Shown here in pieces: positions 56,150 through 64,000 of a DNA stretch of 64,000 nt. This stretch comes from an uncultured Bacilli bacterium (GTDB taxonomy: Bacteria; Bacillota_I; Bacilli_A; RFN20; CAG-826), in contig CALVRV010000003.1 of assembly GCA_944358865.1 (NCBI GenBank), forward strand, positions 18,843 through 82,842. Direction: 5' to 3'. The position numbers were made by a program, and so were the translations under genes. The notes under the pieces are model-generated. The model did no database searches, was not told the DNA's origin, and was given only the letters and a program-made list of their open reading frames with translations. The first letter of the stretch is position 1; every line of letters starts with the position of its first letter.

Positions 56150-57004
56150 ATGGCAGAATTATATATTTTAACTGGTCCAAGTGGAAGCGGTAGAACTTCT
56201 GCGCAATATATCTTTGAAGAAAGAGGATATTTTGTTATTGAAAATATTTTACCTAGTGGTGTAAAAGATATATTAAAAGATATTCTGACTAATAAAACAT
56301 ATGATAAATGTGTTTTAATTTCTACGCCTATTTATGCTTTAAAAATATATCAAATAGCAAAAGAAATTTTATCAAATACAAATTTTAAAATAAAAACTAT
56401 TGTTTTAGATTGTGATAACGACACACTATATAAGAGATTTAAATTAACAAGACACGTTCATCCTTTAACAATTTTAAAAAATATAACTTTAAGTGAAGCT
56501 ATTAAATTAGATAAAACCTATGTAAACGAATTAATTGAATATTTTGATTATTATTTTGATACTTCTAGTTTTGATGTAAACCAATTAAGAAAATCATTAC
56601 TAAATATTATCGATAATCGTTTTGAAGATGATATTGTTTTAATAAACTTTATTTCATTTGGACATAAATTTAAAATTCCATCAGATGTTGATTTGGTTTT
56701 AGATACACGTGTTTTACCTAATCCTTATTGGGATGAAAATCTTCGCAAATACAATGGATTAGATAAACAAATCGCCGATTATTTTAAAAAATATCCTATT
56801 GTTGAAAAAGTAATAAACGATATGATTACTTACCTTGATTCTTATTTAGATTTAGTGCAAAAAGACGCAAGAGGAAATTATACGATTGGAATTTGTTGTT
56901 CGGGTGGAAAACATAGAAGCGTTTATGTTGCAGATCGTCTAGCAAAACATTATAAAAATAAATACAATGTGATGTGTTTTCATCGTGATATGGATAAAGA
57001 ATAA
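56150..57004 (+). CDS. rapZ: RNase adapter / nucleotide-binding protein RapZ (YvcJ)
   Basis: LTGPSGSGRTSA near the N-terminus, LPNPYW, and CCSGGKHRSV at the C-terminus. TATAAT (56138-56143) lies 6 nt upstream of the ATG and there is no SD. Confidence 0.85.
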   Translation: MAELYILTGPSGSGRTSAQYIFEERGYFVIENILPSGVKDILKDILTNKTYDKCVLISTPIYALKIYQIAKEILSNTNFKIKTIVLDCDNDTLYKRFKLTRHVHPLTILKNITLSEAIKLDKTYVNELIEYFDYYFDTSSFDVNQLRKSLLNIIDNRFEDDIVLINFISFGHKFKIPSDVDLVLDTRVLPNPYWDENLRKYNGLDKQIADYFKKYPIVEKVINDMITYLDSYLDLVQKDARGNYTIGICCSGGKHRSVYVADRLAKHYKNKYNVMCFHRDMDKE

Positions 57005-57005
57005 T

Positions 57006-57962
57006 ATGGCAAAAGTAAGACATTCTTTTACAAGTAAAGTTAAAGAAGAATTATCTTTAATTAGTGAGATTTCTAAAGAAAGAAAAATTGCTATTTTAAG
57101 TGGATATGTTCGAGTTAATGGACATTTTAATATCTTAAATAATGATGATTTAATTACTTTACAAACAGAAAACGCTAAAGTGGCAAAATATATATATCAA
57201 TTATTTAAAGAAATTTTTTCTAGTAAAATCCATTTTTATTATGTTAAAAATAAAAAATTAAATAAGACCACATCATATAAAATGGTTATTAAAGATGATA
57301 TAGATCATATTTTAAATACTTTAGGTATATCATTTATTGAAAACAAAATATCAAGAGAAGTAGTGTTTAATGATGACACAATCGCAGGATATTTATGCGG
57401 TGTATTTTTAGCTTGTGGCTCTATAAATTCACCAAATATTAGCAAATACCACCTCGAATTTTGTGTTAATGATGAAGATTTCGCTAATCGAATTAGCAAA
57501 TTATTTTTAAGATACAAAGCCACAAATTTTGAAACAAAAATAATTAAAAGAAGAAAACAATATGTCGTATATATTAAAAAATCTGATAAGATTGGTGAAT
57601 TTCTTATTATGATTGGTGCAATAAACTCTTGTATGGAATTTGAAAATATTCGTATCGATAGAGATTTTATTAACAGTGCGAATCGTTTAAATAATTTAGA
57701 TACCGCTAACATGGTTAAAACTACAAATGTTGCAAAAAAACAAATTGAATGGATAAAAATTATTGATAAAAACTTAGGGATAAATAATATTTCTAATGTT
57801 AAAATTAGATTAATATGTCAAACTAGATTAGAAAATGAGACATATTCTTTAAGCGATATCGCTAATGTGTTATCTAATATTCTTAATACAAAAGTAAGTA
57901 AATCTAATATCGCACATTTATTTAAAAAAATAGAAGAGATGGCCTTAAAATATGAAGGATGA
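57006..57962 (+). CDS. whiA: DNA-binding protein WhiA
   Basis: SFTSKVKEELS N-terminus, a LAGLIDADG-like core (GYLCGVFLACGSINSP) and a C-terminal HTH. It starts 2 nt after the rapZ stop. Confidence 0.8.
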   Translation: MAKVRHSFTSKVKEELSLISEISKERKIAILSGYVRVNGHFNILNNDDLITLQTENAKVAKYIYQLFKEIFSSKIHFYYVKNKKLNKTTSYKMVIKDDIDHILNTLGISFIENKISREVVFNDDTIAGYLCGVFLACGSINSPNISKYHLEFCVNDEDFANRISKLFLRYKATNFETKIIKRRKQYVVYIKKSDKIGEFLIMIGAINSCMEFENIRIDRDFINSANRLNNLDTANMVKTTNVAKKQIEWIKIIDKNLGINNISNVKIRLICQTRLENETYSLSDIANVLSNILNTKVSKSNIAHLFKKIEEMALKYEG

Positions 57963-58206
57963 TTTAACTTTTATATTTGCAAGAAATTTAAAAATTAAAA
58001 GAAGACAAGCTCGTCTTACTTTAGAAGAACTTTCTTTTAAAAGTGGAGTAGGCAGGAATTATTTAAGCGAGTTAGAATTAGGGAAAAGAAATCCAACATT
58101 AAAAATAATTGAAAAAATAGCTTTAGCTTTAGAATGCAAACCACACGAATTATTAATGGAAAATCCCTATATTTATTACAAATTTGAAGAAAACAACGCA
58201 AAATAG
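57952..58206 (+). CDS. XRE-family helix-turn-helix transcriptional regulator
   Basis: LKIKRRQARLTLEELSFKSGVGRNYLSELELGKRNPTLKIIEKIALAL is an HTH_3 pattern. It overlaps the whiA 3' end by 11 nt. Confidence 0.8.
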   Translation: MKDDLTFIFARNLKIKRRQARLTLEELSFKSGVGRNYLSELELGKRNPTLKIIEKIALALECKPHELLMENPYIYYKFEENNAK

Positions 58207-58217
58207 GGGTATTTATT

Positions 58218-58907
58218 ATGAAAAAGAATGTATTAATTAAATATTTATTAATTTGTTTAAGCGGATTTTGTGCTGGAATATTTATTGGTTTAGGTGGCTT
58301 TGCTAATATTGTTGGCCTTAGCAATAATTTAAAGTTTATCGGTGCATTATTATTTTCAATTGGGTTATTTCTTGTTTGTGGTTTATCGTGCCATCTTTAT
58401 ACTGGACAAATTGGTTTTGTTGTTAAAAATTTTCATAAATTTATTTGGCTAGATTTAATATTAATGCTAGTGTTTAATTTACTAGGTGCGTATGTTTTAG
58501 GTGTAATTTTAAAATTAACGATTCAATCTAATGAATCCATTCTTTTAACCATAGATAACATTGTAAATGCTAGAATAGGTAATATCTCATCTAATTGGCA
58601 TATATCTTTAATCTTATCTTTTACATGTGGAGTATTTGTTTTTCTAGCAGTGTATTTTTATAAATTGTTTGATAATTATTTTGCTAAAATCTTTTCTTTA
58701 ATTTTTTGTGTTACTGTATTTGTTTTTATAGGAGCAGAACACTGTATCGCGAATATGTTTTATTTTGCTATCGCTAATAATGTTGATACATTAAGTTGTT
58801 TTTATAATTTATTAATTACAATTATTGGTAATTCAATAGGCGCTTTAGCAACATATTTTGCTATCCAAGGAATTTTAAAAATTAAAACAATAAGCGAAAA
58901 TAAATAA
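58218..58907 (+). CDS. formate/nitrite transporter (FNT) family-like membrane protein
   Basis: A six-TM-like profile, with LSCHLYTGQIG (FNT L-F-T-G-like) and GAEHCIANMFYF (FNT H-x-x-A-N-M motif). Confidence 0.5.
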   Translation: MKKNVLIKYLLICLSGFCAGIFIGLGGFANIVGLSNNLKFIGALLFSIGLFLVCGLSCHLYTGQIGFVVKNFHKFIWLDLILMLVFNLLGAYVLGVILKLTIQSNESILLTIDNIVNARIGNISSNWHISLILSFTCGVFVFLAVYFYKLFDNYFAKIFSLIFCVTVFVFIGAEHCIANMFYFAIANNVDTLSCFYNLLITIIGNSIGALATYFAIQGILKIKTISENK

Positions 58908-59044
58908 AATATTTTGCAAAATTTAGATATTTTTCTTTAAAAAATAAAACCATTTTTGTTGATTGTTTTTATCTATATAAAACGCTTGAAAATATTTTAC
59001 AATATAGTAAACTATATTTGCAGTGAAAAAAGGAGGACATTTAA

Positions 59045-60082
59045 ATGTCAAAAATTAAAATTGCAATTAATGGCTTTGGCCGTATTGGACGTCTTGCGTT
59101 TAGACGTGCCGTAGAAACTGGCGACTTTGAAGTTGTCGCAATTAACGATTTAGTAGACGCAAAAACTTTAGCGTATTTATTAAAATATGACACCGCTCAA
59201 AGAAGCTGGCGTAAAGATGACATCTCCTATGATGTTGACGCTAACGCTATCGTTTTTGAAGGACGTAAAATTCCTGTCTTAGGACAAAAAGATCCACATG
59301 AATTAAAATGGGGTGACTATGGTGTTGATATCGTCTTAGAATGTACTGGTAGATTCAAAGGCAAAAAAGATGCTCAAGTCCATATTGATAATGGTGCAAA
59401 AGCTGTCATTATCAGTGCTCCATCTGATAAAGAAACTCCAACATTTGTCTATGGCGTTAATACCGATAAATTAACAAAAGATATGACAGTTATTTCTGGT
59501 GCAAGCTGTACTACCAACTGTTTAGCCCCAGTTATGCGTGTTTTAGTTGATAAATTTGGCGTTAAAGGTGGCTATATGACTACTGTTCACGCTTACACTA
59601 ACGATCAAACAACACTTGACCTTGCTAAAGGTAATTTACGTAGAGGCCGTGCTGCTGCTGCTAACATTGTTCCAACCACTACTGGTGCTGCAAAAGCTAT
59701 CAATTTAGTTATTCCTGAATTAGAAGGAAAAATGAGAGGTGGAGCAGTCCGTGTTCCAGTTGTTGATGGTTCATTAGTTGACTTATCTTTAGTGTTAGAT
59801 AAAGAAGTTACTGCTGAAGAAATTAATGCCGCTATGAAAGAAGCAAGCCAAACCACTTTAAAAGGTGTCTTAGGCTATACTGAAGATGAAGTTGTTTCAA
59901 GTGATATCATTGGTTCTACCGAAGGTAGCATTTTTGATGCCACTCAAACAATGGTCTTTACCACACCAGAAGGCTTACAATTAGTTAAAGTTGTTTCTTG
60001 GTATGATAATGAATATTCCTATACTTGCCAATATGTCCGTTTAGCTCATGAAATGGGACGTGTCTTAGGCATTATTAAATAA
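59045..60082 (+). CDS. gap: glyceraldehyde-3-phosphate dehydrogenase
   Basis: INGFGRIGRLAFR, the catalytic SGASCTTNCLAP and WYDNEYSY. Confidence 0.98.
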   Translation: MSKIKIAINGFGRIGRLAFRRAVETGDFEVVAINDLVDAKTLAYLLKYDTAQRSWRKDDISYDVDANAIVFEGRKIPVLGQKDPHELKWGDYGVDIVLECTGRFKGKKDAQVHIDNGAKAVIISAPSDKETPTFVYGVNTDKLTKDMTVISGASCTTNCLAPVMRVLVDKFGVKGGYMTTVHAYTNDQTTLDLAKGNLRRGRAAAANIVPTTTGAAKAINLVIPELEGKMRGGAVRVPVVDGSLVDLSLVLDKEVTAEEINAAMKEASQTTLKGVLGYTEDEVVSSDIIGSTEGSIFDATQTMVFTTPEGLQLVKVVSWYDNEYSYTCQYVRLAHEMGRVLGIIK

Positions 60083-60102
60083 TCAATTAAATAAATATTT
60101 AT

Positions 60103-60128
60103 AGTGCCCTGTAAAAGGGCACTTTTTA
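60103..60128 (+). terminator. hairpin plus T-run between gap and pgk; a partial terminator or processing/stability element
   Basis: AGTGCCCT-GTAAA-AGGGCACT followed by TTTTT, immediately upstream of the pgk RBS. Confidence 0.6.
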
Positions 60129-60151
60129 TTAATTTAAAGGAGGTTAATAAA

Positions 60152-61366
60152 ATGTTAACTGTTAAAGATTTAAATAATATTGAAGGTAAAGTTATTGTCG
60201 TAAGAGTAGACTTTAATGTTCCTCATAAAAATAATGTTATTAATGATGACAACCGTGTTGTCAGCGCTCTTCCTACAATTAAGGAATTAATTAGTAAAAA
60301 AGCTCGTGTTGTTTTAATGTCTCATCTTGGTAAAGTCAAACATAAAGAAACACCAGAAGTCATCGAACAACAAAAAAAGAAAAACGATATGGCAATTGTT
60401 GTCCCTTGCTTAAGTGGATTACTTGGCCAAGAAGTATTATTCTGTCCTGACACTCATGGTGAAAAACTTCATCAAATGGTTAAAGAATTAAAAGATGGTC
60501 AAGTTTTATTAATGCAAAATACTCGTTATGAAAAAGGCGAAGAAAAAAATGATACTGAATTAGCAAAAGATTGGGCATCATTTGCTGATGGATATGTTAT
60601 GGACGCTTTTGGAAGTGCTCATAGAGCTCACGCTTCTACTTATGGTATTCCTTCTATTTTAAAAGAAGAAGGCAAACCAGTTGCAGTTGGCTATCTTGTT
60701 GAAAAAGAAGTTAGTAATTTAACTAGATGTGTTGATGTTAAAAAAGAAGATAGACCATATGTTGCTATTTTAGGTGGTTTAAAAGTTTCTGATAAAATTA
60801 AAGTTATTGAATCATTACTTAAAAAATGCGACAAAATCTTAATTGGTGGCGCCATGGCCTATACATTTAGCAAAGCTTTAGGACATAGTATTGGTACTTC
60901 TCCTTGTGAAGATGATCAACTTGAATATGCAAGAAGATGCTATGAAGAAGCAAAAGGTAGAATCGTTTTACCAGTCGATAGTAAATGCAGCGATGCTTTT
61001 GAAAACTGGACAAGTGTGATTACTACTTTAGATTGCAATATTCCTGAAGGTATGGAAGGTATGGACATTGGTCCAAAAACAATTGAATTATTCACAAATG
61101 AAATTAAAAAAGCCAAAATGGTATTCTGGAATGGTCCTATGGGCGTTTTTGAACAAAGCGAATTTACCAAAGGAACAATTGCTGTTTGTGAAGCAATTGC
61201 CTCATTAAAAGATGCCTTTACTGTTTGTGGTGGTGGTGATAGTGCTTCTGCTGTTAAACAATTTGGTTATAAAGATAAATTTAGCCACGTCTCTACTGGT
61301 GGCGGTGCCTCATTAGAAATGATTGAAAATGATGGACATTTGCCAGGCATTGATATTTTAAAATAG
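60152..61366 (+). CDS. pgk: phosphoglycerate kinase
   Basis: VRVDFNVP, MSHLGK and GGGDSASAV. AGGAGG precedes the ATG at 60152. The track start at 60104 runs through the hairpin. Confidence 0.97.
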   Translation: MLTVKDLNNIEGKVIVVRVDFNVPHKNNVINDDNRVVSALPTIKELISKKARVVLMSHLGKVKHKETPEVIEQQKKKNDMAIVVPCLSGLLGQEVLFCPDTHGEKLHQMVKELKDGQVLLMQNTRYEKGEEKNDTELAKDWASFADGYVMDAFGSAHRAHASTYGIPSILKEEGKPVAVGYLVEKEVSNLTRCVDVKKEDRPYVAILGGLKVSDKIKVIESLLKKCDKILIGGAMAYTFSKALGHSIGTSPCEDDQLEYARRCYEEAKGRIVLPVDSKCSDAFENWTSVITTLDCNIPEGMEGMDIGPKTIELFTNEIKKAKMVFWNGPMGVFEQSEFTKGTIAVCEAIASLKDAFTVCGGGDSASAVKQFGYKDKFSHVSTGGGASLEMIENDGHLPGIDILK

Positions 61367-61374
61367 GTGTTTTT

Positions 61375-62130
61375 ATGCGTAAAAAATTATTGATGGGAAA
61401 TTGGAAAATGAACAAGACTTTATCTGAAGCCTTGTCATTTGCTAAACAAACCGATGAAATTATTGCTCTTGCAGTAAAACACAATATTGATTTAGGTATT
61501 GCACCTACTTATCTTTGCTTAAAAGATGTTAAAGAAAACGTTAATGAAAATTTAATTGTTTCAAGCCAAAATGTTCATTTTGAAGATCATGGTGCTTTTA
61601 CTGGCGAAATATCAATTCCAATGTTAAAAGATATCAATATCGATTGGTCTATTATCGGACATAGTGAAAGAAGAACTTACGATAATGAAACCGATGAAAA
61701 ATGTAATAAAAAAATTATTGCATTAATTCAAAATAATATGACGCCTATTTATTGTGTCGGAGAAACTTTAACACAATTTGAAAATGGTGATACTAAAAAA
61801 GTTATTGATACACAAATTAGAAATGGCCTAGCTAATCTTAGTAGTGAACAAGTTAAAAACCTTGTTATTGCTTATGAGCCAGTTTGGTCAATTGGAACTG
61901 GTAAAAACGCTAGTAAAGAAATCGCACAAGATATTTGCAAATTCATACGCGATATCTTATTAGATATGTTTGGTGAAGTAAGCCAAGATATTCGTATTTT
62001 ATATGGTGGTAGTGTTAAACCAGAAAATATTAAACAATATCTATCTTGCCCTGATGTTGATGGTGCTTTAGTTGGCGGTGCTTCATTAAATATTGATTCT
62101 TATAAACAACTATTAATTAATATTATTTAA
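61375..62130 (+). CDS. tpiA: triose-phosphate isomerase
   Basis: GNWKMN, IGHSERR, AYEPVWSIGTG and GGASL. Confidence 0.97.
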   Translation: MRKKLLMGNWKMNKTLSEALSFAKQTDEIIALAVKHNIDLGIAPTYLCLKDVKENVNENLIVSSQNVHFEDHGAFTGEISIPMLKDINIDWSIIGHSERRTYDNETDEKCNKKIIALIQNNMTPIYCVGETLTQFENGDTKKVIDTQIRNGLANLSSEQVKNLVIAYEPVWSIGTGKNASKEIAQDICKFIRDILLDMFGEVSQDIRILYGGSVKPENIKQYLSCPDVDGALVGGASLNIDSYKQLLINII

Positions 62131-62134
62131 AATT

Positions 62135-62926
62135 ATGGATAACAATTCTCAACCAACAGTCTTTATTAACAATCCTAATGACAATGATGAAGAAAAAATT
62201 ATTGCTGAACAAGGAAAGAAAATTTCTACCCAAACATTAAATTTAGGTAAAGTTTTCTTATACATGGTAATAGGAATTTTTCTTACTGCCATTACATCAG
62301 TTTTGGTAAGCGGATTAATTAATTACTATATGCCAATTAGTGATACAGCAGGAATTATTTTGCTTGTTTTAATGATTGTTTGTTCTATTTCAACTTTGAT
62401 TTGTTCATTTTTGGCTGGAGCGTTAACTTTAAGAAGCAAGCCAAAATCTTTTTCTGTCGCTATTCCTTTTGGTATTTATTCAATATCGATAGGATATTTG
62501 CTTGGATTAATTGGACTTTCTCTTCCTTGGCAAATATTTGCTACAACATTTGGTGTCACTATTATTATTTTTGCTATTCTTGCTCTAATTGGATTATTAG
62601 TAAAATCAAATCTTAATCCATTACTATATGTCTCTTTGACATTGTTAGGTGGTGCAGGCTTACTAGCGTTAATTAACTTTATATTATTTATATTTATGCC
62701 AGAATTAGTAACGCCTTTATATTGGATTGTTTCATTTGTTATTTTTGGTGCGTTAATGTTATCGACAATTTGGGATGTTTGGTCAATTAAAAAAATATCA
62801 CAAGGATATGAATTAACAAGAAACATGTCACTTTATTGCGCTTTCCGTTTATATTGTGATTTTGTCGCTTTGTTTATTCGTCTATTATATTTTGTTATAT
62901 TAATTTATGCTTCAAACAGAGATTAA
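62135..62926 (+). CDS. BAX inhibitor-1/YccA-family membrane protein
   Basis: Seven-TM profile, GKVFLYMVIGIFLTA near the start and LYCDFVALFIRLL near the end, which are typical of the Bax1-I family. Confidence 0.6.
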   Translation: MDNNSQPTVFINNPNDNDEEKIIAEQGKKISTQTLNLGKVFLYMVIGIFLTAITSVLVSGLINYYMPISDTAGIILLVLMIVCSISTLICSFLAGALTLRSKPKSFSVAIPFGIYSISIGYLLGLIGLSLPWQIFATTFGVTIIIFAILALIGLLVKSNLNPLLYVSLTLLGGAGLLALINFILFIFMPELVTPLYWIVSFVIFGALMLSTIWDVWSIKKISQGYELTRNMSLYCAFRLYCDFVALFIRLLYFVILIYASNRD

Positions 62927-62960
62927 ACCTTAGATTAATTATTAATTAATATAATTATAA

Positions 62961-62996
62961 AGTCATCCAAAAATGGGTGACTTTTTCTTTTTTAAG
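62961..62996 (+). terminator. rho-independent terminator
   Basis: AGTCATCC pairs with GGGTGACT (one G-T wobble), followed by TTTTCTTTTTT. Confidence 0.75.
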
Positions 62997-63058
62997 TCCA
63001 TAATTTATCTTATATATATAAATATATAAAAGAAATTTAAAAAAAGTTTAAAAAAATC

Positions 63059-63087
63059 TAGACAGATAATTGTCATTGTGATATCTT
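63059..63087 (+). promoter_or_regulatory. rRNA promoter P1
   Basis: A-rich UP-like tract aaaaaagtttaaaaaaa, then TAGACA, 17 nt and TGaTATCTT. Confidence 0.5.
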
Positions 63088-63153
63088 ATTAAAAGCCGCA
63101 TGAAAAAGGCTAAAAACAATTTAATTAAAAATTAAAAAAAGTTAAAAAAATTG

Positions 63154-63183
63154 TTGACACGGAATTTAATGCGGTGATATCAT
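63154..63183 (+). promoter_or_regulatory. rRNA promoter P2
   Basis: A-rich tract aaaaaagttaaaaaaa, then TTGACA, 18 nt and TGaTATCAT. The layout is the same as P1. Confidence 0.65.
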
Positions 63184-63243
63184 ATACAAGCACGCACCGA
63201 GAGGTGGCTTAAAGAAAAAGCCTTAAAAGCGTGACAGATTAAT

Positions 63244-63256
63244 CTTTGAAAACTAG
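63244..63256 (+). promoter_or_regulatory. boxA-like rRNA antitermination element in the 16S leader
   Basis: CTTTGAAAACTAG matches the Firmicute rrn leader boxA core (TTCTTTGAAAACTA) as I remember it. Confidence 0.55.
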
Positions 63257-63341
63257 ACAGATGTACAAATAACAAACGTCAATTCTTGCAACTATAAGTT
63301 GCATTTTTAAAACCAGATAATAATGAATCAAGATACAAACT

Positions 63342-64000
<659 letters not shown>

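Noticed and set aside
58037-58324. A 95-aa minus-strand ORF spanning the junction of the XRE regulator and the FNT gene.
   Set aside because: It is antisense to two plus-strand genes with clear family motifs, has no RBS and gives a low-complexity translation.

Overview
The window is a visibly AT-rich Firmicutes/Mollicutes-like chromosomal segment, possibly an Acholeplasma/RF39/Erysipelotrichia-type relative. The partial 16S at the 3' end would settle the taxon. It uses the standard genetic code: lgt ends on TGA at 55140-55142 and Trp is TGG. Nearly all genes are on the + strand. The backbone, in order, is: ktrB (minus strand, partial); rplK-rplA-[L10 leader]-rplJ-rplL-ybxB-like methyltransferase-rpoB-rpoC; rpsL-rpsG-fusA-tuf; ZIP transporter and two RDD-like membrane proteins; tRNA-Lys; a Rex-N-like regulator, PFOR and a P-loop kinase; tRNA-Pro (minus strand); uvrA-lgt-trxB-rapZ-whiA-XRE-FNT; gap-pgk-tpiA-BI-1; then tandem rRNA promoters and the start of 16S. 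Three accessory blocks interrupt this conserved backbone. (1) At 11.8-17.8 kb, between rpoC and rpsL: a degenerate 12-15 nt tandem repeat array, an AlbA_2/Schlafen-HATPase-wHTH protein, two M6-like metalloprotease lipoproteins and a small lipoprotein. (2) At 22.3-25.6 kb, directly behind tuf: a radical-SAM/SPASM enzyme, a secreted papain-fold (C10/C47-like) cysteine protease and three tiny membrane peptides, two of which are absent from the ORF track. This is my best candidate for an undescribed peptide/protein-modification system. (3) At 28.7-45.2 kb: a large surface nucleic-acid scavenging locus. It holds a lipoprotein with a barnase-like RNase domain, a 690-aa membrane protein, a UgpC/MalK-like ABC ATPase with an insert of about 275 aa, two permeases, two solute-binding lipoproteins, a staphylococcal-nuclease lipoprotein, a zinc-ribbon membrane protein and a 958-aa OB-fold/Big_2 lipoprotein with an internal 164-aa tandem repeat. 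All protein calls rest on motif recognition from the supplied translations and from memory. No database search was run. I saw no CRISPR array, transposase or integrase.
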